Positions 13,217 to 25,200 of a stretch of 64,000 nt of DNA are shown here, piece after piece. The notes below the pieces were generated by a model. It was not told the origin of the DNA and searched no databases. It saw only the letters and a list, made by a program, of their open reading frames with translations. The stretch is taken from positions 62,002,001-62,066,000 of the forward strand of contig NW_024704743.1 in NCBI RefSeq assembly GCF_018977255.1. Reading direction: 5' to 3'. Source of the stretch: Callorhinchus milii. Lineage: Eukaryota. The position numbers were made by a program, and so were the translations under genes. The number at the start of each line of letters is the position of its first letter. The first letter of the stretch is position 1.

Positions 13217-16200
13217 TTATTTAGACTTTTTCTTTTTGGTCAATTTCTTTGATTTCTTCTTAGGAGCTGATTTTTTGCCTTTTTTCTTAGATGTTTTCTT
13301 TTTTGATCCTTTTCCATTGTCTTTCTTCTCCTTGGAGTTGTTGCCCTGAGCTTTTGTTGGATATTCGACCTGCTGACCCTGGCATTTCCCCTGTGCAGCA
13401 ACGTAAAGGGATAAAGAACACCAATGAATTAGTCAAGAATAAGATTTTCTATCCCATAAAGGTCATCTAACAACCCTGAAAAACTCCTTCAGATTCTGCT
13501 ACCTTCTTTGTATTATGAAAATTAGGTATTGGTACAAACAGGCAGATTTGCTGTATCTGGGCTTTTACTTCCCTTTGAAAGAGGAAAGCCTCACTGGTGA
13601 TTGCGTTGGTGTTTGTATTTAGATTCTCTCTCACCTGAAAACACTTCCTGCAGCAGTCTGGAGAGGACATGGTGCCAGTGAAATCTCCCCGGCCACACTC
13701 CTTACAATAGCGAGTCCCACACCATATGCACATGTAGGTCTAAAGTAAAAGAGAAATAGCTTGGTAACCAATGAATGTGCACAGCTTCAGCTTGTTACAT
13801 TTTTATCCTCCCCTTCCACGGGAGATGTGAAAAGCGCTGTATCAAATGCAAGGATTATATTTATTATATTACCATCATGAATATTTTCATCCTTGCCTAT
13901 ATGTATTACCCTCATTTTTTATGTGGTGCAAGATTGTTATCCCCTGCCTAACCTCAATGCCCTGTTCTCATCGATGCATTCCGTGCTGAGTGGTGTTGCA
14001 GTGTAAGTGGGGTCTCCCGGCAAACAAACTGGCTCCGAATGTTGGAATTGAATCGACTCTCTATGGTAGTCTCGATGGTCTGGTTCATGAGCCAGCCGAG
14101 TGTGCAGCACTCCAAGGCACTGCTAATGACAGACCAGCGAGCCTCGCTCGTCAGCAGGACTTGGAGGAGCAAACATTGCTGGGGATAGGGATTCTTCTCA
14201 CGGCTCCTGTTAACCCTGGGTGCCAAAGCCCTGATGTGCAAGGTGGTCCTAGCTGGACAAAGAGTAGGAAGCTTGAAAGACAGTGGTCTCAATGGAACAT
14301 TATGGAGTTTTAGCCGGTTAATCTCTAGTAGGATCCCAAGTGCACACTCTGGCTCCCCAAACTGGCGTTCACCAACCTTCACCTAAATACTTTCCTTCTA
14401 GTGAAGCAGGGTGTGTGCCTTCAGGGAGAGCGTGTGCATTCCATTCCAGATACATGACTAGGTGGGCATAAATATGTAGAACTCTCAGTCTGGTTTAAAC
14501 TTTATGTTGGGTTTCTGCATATGACAGACACCAGCAGTCCAAAAATTAATCCCCCCAAAATAAACAGTCATTATCTTACTTATCTAACAATAATAATCCT
14601 TGCATTTGATACAGTGCCGTATCATGTCACTGAGACGTCTCAAAGCACTTCACAGAATATATTGTACAATGGATTGACTGTATCTTGTGAGTGGTATCCA
14701 AGGTCTTGGAAAGAGTTGTCGCCTCCCAACTGCGCTCTTTCCTTTCCACCCATTCTCTTTTCGAACCCCTTCAGTCAGGTTTCCGTGCTGCCCATAGCAC
14801 AGAAACTGCCCTGGTCAAGGTCACCAATGATATCCTGACCATCTGTGACCAGGGCTCCCTCTGTCTCCTCGTCCTCCTCGACCTATCGGCAGCATTCGAT
14901 ACGGTCGACCACGCTATCCTACTCCACCGCTTGTCCTCCCACCTCAACCTTCAAGGCACTGTCCTTGAATGGTTTAGGTCGTACCTTTCTCACCGTCTTC
15001 ATTTCGTCTCGACGAATGGCTTCTCCTCCACCCCCCGCACTGTCTCATGTGGTGTCCCTCAGGGCTCTGTCCTCGGTCCCCTCCTCTTCACCCTCTATAT
15101 GCTCCCCCTCGGTGACATCATCCGCAGACATGGAGTTAACTTCCACATGTATGCGGATGACACCCAACTCTACCTTTCCTCCTCTACTCTCAACTCCACG
15201 ACCACCGATGTCCTGACAGCTGCCTGTCCGACATCGAGTCCTGGACGAGAGACAACTTTCTTCAGCTCAACGTGCGAAAAACCGAGGCCCTCCTGATTGG
15301 CTCACGTCAGCGCCTCCGCACCTCAGGCGCTGACACCATCAGCATCCAAGGCTGCACTCTCCACCTCTCAAAGCCAGTCAGGAACCTCGGCGTTTTGTTC
15401 GACCCTGAGCTGTCCTTTCTCCCTCACATCCGCACCACAACTGGCACCGCCTTCCATCACCTCCGGAACATCGCCAGACTACGGCATTACCTCACCCCTC
15501 ACGCTGCTGAAACCCTGGTCCACGCCTTTGTCACCTCAAGGCTGGACTATGGGAACTCTCTCCTCGCCGGCCTTCCCGCCACCTCCCTCCACAAGCTGCA
15601 GGTCATTCAGAACTCTGCAGCTCGTGTACTGTCCCGCACCAGGCTTCGCGACCACATCACTCCCACCCTCGCTCGCCTCCACTGGCTCCCCATCCCCCAG
15701 AGGATTGATTTCAAGATCCTCATCCTCACCTACAAGGCCATTCACGGCCTTGCTCCCTCCTACCTCTCCAACCTACTATCCCCCTACCTACCTGCCCGTA
15801 CCCTCCGTTCCTCTGGCTCCGGTCTGCTCCACGTCCCCCGCCCCAACCGCCCTACCATCGGTGGTCGGGCCTTCAGCCTCTCAGCCCCGAGGCTCTGGAA
15901 CTCCATCCCCCAGTGCCTTCGCCGCTTCCTCCCTTTCCTCCTTCAAGGCCGGTCTCAAAACCTTTCTCTTTGACCGAGCCTTCAGCTCCCCTCTCGACTC
16001 TCTTCCCCCTCCTCGCTCCCTCCCTTCCCTCCCCTCACCCTGACCATTTCCCCCCTCCTCGCTCCCCTTCCCTCACCCTGACCATTTCCCCCCTGCTCGG
16101 GTCATGACCCAACTGTGCAACGCCTTGGGACGTCCTCCTGACGTGAAAGGCGCTTTATAAATGGAATCTTGTTGTTGTTGTTGTTGTTGAGTGATCACGG

Positions 16201-16534
16201 CAGCCAATTGCGCACAGCAGTGTCCCACAAACAGTTATGGAATGAATGACCAGATTTTTTGGAGGGCGAGATTATTACTCCAGAAACCCCAGAAATACTA
16301 TTGCATGTTTTCTACAGAACCACTTGGTTAAATGAGCAGTGTGTCCAGGTTAGACCAAAGGCCAGTTCAGCTCAATTCCCTCCACTTCTATAGACACACA
16401 GCGATTTCAAAGCACATACATTTTTGAAAAAATTTGTGTTAAACATGTAACAACATCCAGCTAAGCTTTACATCAATTTGTAGAGAATCAACTCATATTA
16501 CCATGTTCACCTCGCCACAACCCCATCTGCACAT
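13217..16534 (-). CDS. Predicted uncharacterised 103-aa protein: Cys-rich zinc-finger-like N-terminus plus Lys-rich tail
   Basis: complement join(16534-16502,13739-13635,13390-13217), all phase 0. Splice sites: ATG|gtaata; tttctcttttactttag|; CAG|gtgaga; ctttatccctttacgttgctgcacag|. Protein [103 protein letters not shown]. Minus-strand AATAAA at 12968-12963. Confidence 0.72.
14335..14560. repeat. Unclassified interspersed repeat, copy 1 of 3
   Basis: tgcacactct..cccaa...caggga gag..tg.gcattccattcca...tgggtttc.(g/a)catatg..agacacc is shared with 63520-63785 and with the reverse complement of 48475-48760. Confidence 0.6.
14694..16187 (+). mobile_element. 5'-truncated L2/CR1-clade LINE (reverse transcriptase plus 3' end), frameshifted
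   Basis: ORFs carry [64 protein letters not shown]; (TTG)n tail. TGAGTG duplicated at both ends. Inserted into a minus-strand SINE (14588-14693 / 16188-16290). Confidence 0.95.
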
Positions 16535-16995
16535 TTTTGTCAATGTTCTTATAATAAATCACAGATATCTGGTTCTGTCTGTGTGGGTTATATTTCCCTC
16601 CTGAAAATTATGCTGGATGAGAAGTTATTGCAGTAGTAACACAATTCATCACGTTTCCAGTCCAGGTAAAGCCGAGGTTGATCTTCCTGCTTTTTACATG
16701 AAACGTGTCAAGGTTGTTTCACGCTCATACAGCGCCCAGGCTGATAGACTGAAAACATTGAAGAACTGCATCATTGATCTGATCAATGCCTCGATACATC
16801 TCATTCTTCAACAGGAGCACAAACCAAGCATCTCGATGTACAGTAACTGCTTCAGGTTTCGTTATTTCAGAAATGTCTGAAAGTAAGGCAGTGTTTTGGG
16901 GATGTTGTTGCTACAGAGATAATGTTTGCTGTTGCCAGAGGCAACTGAGCTGGGCTGGCGTTTGGTCTAACCTGGACACACTGCTCATTTAACCA
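16325..16995. repeat. 50-bp inverted repeat pair (16325-16374 / 16946-16995)
   Basis: TGGTTAAATGAGCAGTGTGTCCAGGTTAGACCAAA... matches the reverse complement of the right arm at 47/50 positions. Confidence 0.9.
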
Positions 16996-17589
16996 GGCTG
17001 TTCTTTCGTAGAAACCATTGAATTGTATTTCTTTTTTTCAGTTTAAGATTAATGTTGCAAAATCTTGATAATATTGTATCCAGACCTGTGTTTACTTGTT
17101 AAGGCTCATAAGCGATTTTGAGATTTACCAGAATTAATTACACATAAAATAAAAGGACACCTCGGCAGCTCAGAACATTCAGCTGTTTGTTACCAGCTAT
17201 TCAGAGCTTTTGTGTAATCTCTGCAATAAAGCAAGCAGTGGACAACCAAATTCAACAACTGTTGAGAAAACTAGTTCTTCGGTTTACTGAGCCATGATTG
17301 GTTGATTGACACTTGCACAGCATTTGAATTATTTTGACTTCTTTCTGAGAGTTGATTTTAAAATCACGTTGAAGTACATGATCAGTGTGAGGTCCTATTT
17401 TTTCAATTTGGGTTTATATATACGCAAAGGCAGTTTATGCACTATCCTATCAAACCTTTAAATGCTCAAATGACCAGTGAGTGCAAGTTGACATTTTTTT
17501 AAATGGAGATTTATATTTTAAGGTTACTAAGTCTCTCTTGAATAACTATCCCATGTTTATGATGCAAGAAAATGGAAAAGTTTGTTTCC

Positions 17590-17900
17590 AGTTCTGGTCA
17601 CCACATTATAAGATGGATATAGCAGTGATGAAAAGCGTAGATTTATTCAGATGATACAAAGGCTGGCAGGTTAGTGCTGTCAGTATAGACTGGATAGTTA
17701 GGCTTTTTTTTCTAGACAAGAGATGTTCGAGGGACCTAATAGAGGTGCTCAAAACTTTAAAAGGGCTCGATAAGGTTATCATAAATAGGCTGTTTTCACT
17801 GTTTTGGGGAGTCCATTACCAGGGAATAGAACTACGAGATAGCGATTAGAAGATCTAAGAGAATTTAGGAGGAACTACTTCACACAAAAATAGTGAACAG
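17590..17900 (+). mobile_element. Degenerate CR1 LINE 3' region
   Basis: cagttctggtcaccacattat (QFWSPHY), gagggacctaatagaggtg (RGDLIEV), aggaggaactacttcacacaa (RRNYFTQ): typical CR1 C-terminal motifs. Confidence 0.65.
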
Positions 17901-19039
17901 GGGAGCAGCCATGGGTTGGCCACGGCCCATTTAATTAGCGCACAGGCCTACCTGTTGCTCTCCGTGCTGCCTTAGAATAGAGAGTGATGGCAAGAGAGCC
18001 AGTGCAGGAATATGATACAGTAGTGTAGCTAGGATTGGAAATTTAGTCATTGGTCATTCCCATCAATTGGTGCCCATCCCAAATTGCCATTCCTAGTGAT
18101 GTCACTGATAGTGAGATTGTGGAACTCGCTGCCCGAAGCAGTGGTTGAATAGATAGTATTACTAATGATAATAATCCTTGCATTTGATATCGCACCTTAT
18201 CACATCTTTGAGAGGTCTCAAAGCGCTTCTCAGCGCTTACTGTTAAGTGAATTGACTGTACATTTTGTGGGCAAGATGTGGCAGCCAATTGCCCACAGCA
18301 AAGTCTCACAAACAGTCATGGATTGAGTGACCACATTTTTTTTAAGGAATTATTATCCCCAGAAGACCAATCCGCCAATCAACTAAAAATCGGGTTCCTA
18401 CTTCTGTTAGGTAAACAAGTGTGTGGAGATGCTTTTAACAGGAAACTAGCTACACATGTGAGGGAGAGGGGAATAGAAGGGTGTGCGAGGCAGTAAGGAT
18501 TAGGTGAGACTCATGTGGAGTAGAAATACAAGCACAGTTTAGTTGGGTTGAATAGCTTATTTCCACACTGCAAATCTACGTCAAATGGAATTCCTGGATC
18601 GAGTTCACTTCGCAATGGGTGTAAAGCATAAAAATCATTATGTGCTTCTCAGTTACAGACGCGGAATTAAAAGTATTTAGGTGACTGTTAAATAACTTTG
18701 TATTTCCGTTTTCTTTTAACGGAATTCAAAAAAACTCGAAGCCCCTCGACAAAAATCTGCCAAGAAAGCATTGAAAACAGGTATTTGGAGCATCAAACGC
18801 TTAAAAATGTAGGTGTAGTGAGAGTACACCTTACACCCCACAGTTGAGGTGATGGGAGAGACAGTAATGTGAGTATGTTGCTGGTGTGGGCGCTGAGCTC
18901 TGTCTGCAGTCAGGGAGGGAGGAACTAAATCACCTTTGTAGCCCAAAGTCAACCAAACACTCGCCCCAAAATAGCCCAATCTGTGGCCTCCCATGGGTAC
19001 AGAGTGGCCAATTTGTTTTCCCTGCACAGACAGTTCTGC

Positions 19040-19242
19040 CCCACAAAAACCCGCCCAATAGGCGTGAAGCCGCCCAACCCGACCGCACTGCTCGCGGTCT
19101 GTAGGCCCCGCCCACCTCTTGACTGACAGCAGCTGAGCGGCTCGCCCCGCACAAAGATGGCGGCCGCGGCAGGCCGGGGGCGGGGCGAGCTGCCGGCTTC
19201 CGGTGCCGGCGGAAGTAGTGGTTGAGCGGGTGTGAAGGAGCG
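19040..19242 (+). promoter_or_regulatory. CpG-island promoter of BAG1 (possibly bidirectional)
   Basis: CCAAT ~19056, GC boxes, YY1-type AAGATGGCGGC 19154-19164, ETS-type CTTCCGG ~19197 and GCGGAAGT ~19209. Confidence 0.65.
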
Positions 19243-22200
19243 ATGGCGGGGGGAGCGGTGGCTGTCACGTTGATGCACGGTAACGGTGTGGGGGGGGCGG
19301 GGGGGCGGCTCTGGCCGGGCTCTGCTCCACACTCCAGCCCGAGGCTCGGGTACAGACCCTTCCCTGCCCAGGGCCTTGGCACGTCATCCTGATGGGAAAG
19401 CAGCTCAGTGAATGCTGCTGCTGTTGTTGTTGTGGTGGTGGTGGTGGTCAGGGCGCTGCTCCCCGCGGCCCTCTGCTCCAGGGCTCACCACTCGCCTTGT
19501 CCGCAGAGCGAGGGCGGCCCTGATTTAGTCCCCAACCTCCCGGTGAGGAGCCGGGAACCAATGACAGGAAACTCACACACTTTACTGAGACCCCACTCGG
19601 GCTTCCCAGCACTGGGCTGTGCTCTCCCTGAAAACTGATGCCCACCACCAACACCAACACTCCACCCCCACCACACCCCCCACACACACCACCATCCCCC
19701 CCAACACCATCCCCCCAACACACCCCAACACACACCACCACCCCCCAACACCTCACCACCATCTCCCCCACCACCATCCCCCAACACCCCCCCAACACCA
19801 TCCCCCCAACACCCCCCCAACACCCCCCACACCCCCCAACACCATCCCCAACACCCCAACACACACCACCATCCCCCCACACCTCACCACCATCTCCCCC
19901 ACCACCATCCCCCCACCACCCCCCCACACCCCCCAACACCCCCCAACACCATCCCCCAACACCCCCCCCCCACCCCCCCAACACCCCCAACACCATCCCC
20001 CCACCATCCCCCCCACCCCCCAACACACCCCCCAACACCATCCCCCAACACCCCCCCAACACCCCCCCAACACACATCCCCCAACACCATCCCCCCAACA
20101 CCCCCCCACCCCCCCCACACACCCCCCCAACACCATCCCCCAACACCCCCCCCCACCCCCCCACACACCCCCCCAACACCATCCCCCCACCCCCCCAACA
20201 CCCCCCCAACACCACCCCAACACCATCCCCCCAACACCATCCCCCAACACCCCCCCCAACACCATCCCCCCCAACACCCCCCCCCCCCCCCCCCCCCCCC
20301 CAACACCATCCCCCAACACCCCCCCACCCCCCCCCAACACACCCCCCCACACCATCCCCCCAACACCCCCCCCCACCCCCCCCAACACCCCCCCAACACC
20401 ATCCCCCCACCATCCCCCACCACACCCCCCCCCCACCCCCCCCACCACCCCCCCACCATCCCCCCCCAACCACCCCCAACACACCCCCCCACCCCCCAAC
20501 ACCATCCCCCAACACCCCCCCACCCCCCCCAACACACCCCCCACCACCATCCCCCCCACCACCACCCCCCCACACCCCACCCACCCCCCCACCATCCCCC
20601 CACCACCCCACCACCACCCCCCCCACCACCCCCCCAACACCATCCCCCAACACCATCCCCCCAACACCCACCACCCCCCCCCCCACCCCCCACCACACAC
20701 ACCCCCACCACACCCCAACACACACCCCCCCACCACACCCCAACACACCCCCCCACCATCCCCCCCACCACCCCACCCTACGCCACCCCCCCACCACCCC
20801 CCCACCCCACCACCCCCCAACACACCCCACCACCCCCCACCATCCCCCCCACCCCCCCACCCCCCCCACCCACCCCCCCACCACCCCCCACACCATCCCC
20901 CCAACACCACCACCCCACCCCCCCACCCCCCCCCCAACACACACCCCCCACCACCCCAACACACACCCCCCCACCACACCCCAACACACCCCCCCCACCA
21001 TCCCCCCACCACCCCACCCCACCACCCCCCACCACCACCCACCACCCCCACCACCCCCCACCACCCCCCAACACACACCCCCCAACACCATCCCCCACCA
21101 CCACCCCCAACACCACCACCACCCCCACCACCCCCCCACACACACCCCCCACCATCCCCCACCACCACCACCCCCCAACACACACCCCCCACCACACCCC
21201 AACACACACCCCCCACCACCCCCCACCACCCCCCCCCACCATCCCCCCACCACCCCCCACCCCACGCCACCCCCCCACCACCCCACCACCCCCACCACCC
21301 CACCACCCCACCCCCCACCCCCCCACCACCCCCACCACCCCCCCACCATCCCCCCACCACCACCACCCCCCACCACCCCCACCACACCCCACCACCCCCC
21401 ACCACCCCCACCCCCCCCACCATCCCCCCCACCACCCCCCCCCCACCCCTACGCCACCCCCCACCACCACCACCCCCACCACCACACCCCACCACCCCCA
21501 CCCCACCACCCCCCAAACACCACCCCACCCCTCGTTAGAATAATAAACATCATCATTATCTTTACATCAGATAAAGTATCCTTCATGTCAGGAGATTGTC
21601 TCAAAATGCTTCACAGAATTTTCCTTTTAAAGTGCAGTAACTATTATAAGTGAATGCCTTACATGTTAAACTTGCTAAAATTGTGTGCAGAGAAAGCCTA
21701 TGTTTGTAAAATTGTTCCTTGGAATACCAAAGGGACTCCTCAATCGGTGTAATGTAATGCTGATCAATATGTTGAAAGATGTCCTGACTTGTGCTTTATT
21801 TCAGGCTCCTCTAAGCATAAGATTGAAATTTCATCAGAACAGGAAAATAAAGAGCCCATGCTGCAGGACATGGCCCGGGTCATCGCTCAAGTCACTGGGG
21901 TGCCCCAGCAATTGCAGAAACTAATATTTAAAGGTAGGACTCCTTGTAAAGGATAATGTACTCATTTATCTTTATTAAGCCATATGTTCCTTCGGTGGTA
22001 TTGTTCAGGTAAAAAAGTGTGTTGTCAACTTGATGCAGTAAGTAGTACTTGTGGTTGTAAGCCTGACATCAGGACTTGAACTCATAGTGTAGGCTGATAT
22101 TCTAGTGCTAATGTTAAAATTATAAGGGGTTTTGATAGCCAAACGGGGAGAAATTATTTCCAAATGTTTGCCACATCACCTGCTTCCATTCCCATCTCGT

Positions 22201-25200
22201 GCTCAGTTTTGCTGAAACCCTCATCTACAGACTTACATTTTTAAAAGCCCTTCTCCAGTAGGAACACCTCATCCAAAACTTTGACAATCATCATCCTTAT
22301 CCACAAAAAGCTTTGCATGCCCATCACTCCAGTCTTCGCCAGGATACCTGTCATTCAGCAGACATTACTAAATGCAAGTTGTTGTAAATGTTTGTTACTC
22401 AAATCAGCTGGCTGGTGATTTTATCAGGCCCGAGACCATTTCCAACATTCCAACTTCCGCTCCCTCCCTCCCTCCCTCCCTCTCTGATGAACGTCTTCCC
22501 AGGACAGCGGCAGAAGCCGTCGGTTGGGAGGATGCTGCGGGGAGTGGAAATAATATCGTCCGGAATGGTCCCGGGATGGATAAAATCACCTGCCAGGTTG
22601 CATGCTGTCCGGGGACTCCCTGTTGAACTACGCTGGTATAAATTGTAGGAAATCAATCTACTCATCCACACCTGACTTTCCGTGTCAGTATCCAGTACCC
22701 ACTAAAGTCTAGTAATGCACAAGTTAAAATGCAATGTACAATTTGCTCTACTCAGCATTGTGTTTGATTTGATACAGACTTTTTATATATTGTCTGTTGC
22801 TGAGTGCTTTTAATTTCTATAATGCTAGACTAATGATATTGATTAGTATTATCAGCTGCTTTTCAGTGGATCTTACCTTGAAATACTGATTTTTTTCTCT
22901 CTCGGACAATCTTCTCCCATCCTTTGCCTTCTGAACAAGTTAGATTCCTTTTTCCTTTTACTAGAGGGTGGTTTCATGAATGAGTTGCTCTCTGCTACTT
23001 TGTCCAAATGACGAGGCAACAGGACATTAAATTATTTATGTGCAAGTCTTAACAGATGCTATGCGAGGGTTGTAGGTTATTTGACAAAAGAGATGACTTC
23101 TTTGTTCAGATCTGATACCTACAGAAACCCATCAACATGCTTAGGAGAATCCAAACCAGACTGAGAATTCTTAAGCACGTTGATGGTACAAGTCTTGTAG
23201 CTCAGTGGTTAGAGCACTCGCCTTGCAAGCGAGAGACCTGTGTTCAATTCCCGGCAAGCGAAACCTTGGGCAAGTTTCCTTACTCTACACTCCTGATAAT
23301 AATCCTTCAAGAAAAAAAAATAGAATAATAAATTGGTACTTCAATCCACGACTGTTGTGGGACACTACTGTGCGCAATTGGCTGCCGTTGCACCTCAGTT
23401 GACTGCCTGGACGTACCCAAGGAGAGCTTTGAATGGCTTTCCATCCTTTTCTATTCTGTTGTTTCAAGGAGTGAAATGTGTCTTTTCTACTTGGAACCTC
23501 TCAGGAATTTCAATGCTTAATTTGATTCGCTTCTATCAGAATGGGAACTAACTCGAAGCAAATATACCATTTGGATACTACCCAACTGTGGTAAGGTGCT
23601 TCAATAATAATGGTTTCTCAGTAGTAACAATATTTTTCTGTTCTTGTTGTGCAGGGAAATCTCTTAAAGAGATGGAACAGCCTTTGTCTGTTCTTGGTGT
23701 TAAAAGTGGCTGTAAAATAATGATGATTGGCAAAAAGGTACATTCCTATCTTTTCTGTTTTATTACTACCTGATTAACGTTATTAAAAAATGTTTAAAGA
23801 ATAATAGTATTGTTGACTCACTTCACTATATTTTGGGGAAAAAAGTGTTGATTATCCAGTAGAATGCTTCCCCATCGGTGGAAGTAGCATAGAGCTCCTA
23901 GATTTGCTCTTGCGGGCTGCCCCAAGATTATGAGGACAGCTCAGTGTCGTTGTCTATGGTTTGAGAAGCCTGATTTCTATTCGGACCCTTGAAGGATTTG
24001 AATAAAAGATTGGCCTATATATTAATTTCCAACAGTTACTGCATAATTTAAATGGAAGGAAACCCACAGGCATAGTGGAATGAATCTTTGTTCTGCCCAG
24101 TTGTAGCAATTGGGAAGTGCACAACTTTTATGATTTTAATATAGTTCAGCTTTTCATTTGTGCCTTAGCGAGATGTCATCTGAGCTGAATCCTTGTAAAT
24201 GAAGATATTCACTACTCCATTTTGATCATGGTCCCAATGAAATCCCCAAGTGAATTGGTTTAATCATTCATTATAACTAAGTATATGAACATTTGTTCCT
24301 GTATCTCCCAAATCTGGATATTTTTACCTAAGACTTAGTATTTTCTATAACTCATCCACCCAGCCTATAAATAATTTTCTTCACTCAAATAGAACAGTCC
24401 AGAAGAAGAAGCTGAAATAAAGAAATTAAAGGACTTTGAGAAATCTACAGAACAGTTGTCGCACAAACTGGAGGAAATTAATGGCGAGCTGGTAGGCATT
24501 CGAAATGTGAGTCATTTCTGGTACTTCTTAAAATCCTCTTTTCTTTTTCTCTTCTTCCCCCCTCGCAATATACACTATTTTATTTTCTTGGAATCCTAGA
24601 GTTTAAGATGACACTCTGATGCAGTGCTGAGGGGGTGGGGAGGTTGAATTGTCGGAGGTGCCATCCTTCGGTTGAGACGTTAAATCAAGGTCCCATCTGC
24701 CTGTTCAGGCGGAAGTTAAAGATCTCATTGCATTATTCAAAAGTTTCTTCCAATGTCCGAGCCAACATTTCCCTAAAATAAATTTGGTTAACCACTCCGT
24801 GGCTATTTGTGGAACATTGCTCTGCGCAAACCTGGCTGCTATTTTACCCACAAAATACAGTCAATCCACTTTACAGTATATCCTGTGAAGCGCTTCGAGA
24901 TGTTTTGACAATGTGATAAGAGACTTGTTTTGATTGGACTTGGGCTTCAGTCACTCCTGTGGTCAGTTTGCAGCACTTGTTATGCTTCTTTATGATGTGG
25001 TTAATGTAAGTAATCTTGAGGACATGGTATCCATCTCCAATGCCCCTTCAAATAGCCTGACAAAGAATTGGTTAAACTCTTTATGTGCAGCTGATGAACA
25101 TATTTTGTCAGATACTGCTGAGATTCCATATCTTATATCTCTGAGAATGCACTAATTTAAAAGTTCAGACACACATCCACTCCCTCCTCGGCTCCCATCC

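Noticed and set aside
13953..14382. 142-aa minus ORF, 107-aa plus ORF, and a possible 300-nt cassette exon (14252-13953) in the hidden gene
   Set aside because: In the gene's frame the segment has several stops. Fragments across frames (PDHR, RLP, GRPHL) loosely resemble a decayed RTE-type LINE C-terminus. A poison exon or alternative-frame product cannot be excluded without RNA data.
19448..21653. 600+ aa extensin-like or Gly-rich ORFs
   Set aside because: Low-complexity C/A tract in BAG1 intron 1 with no splice or codon support.
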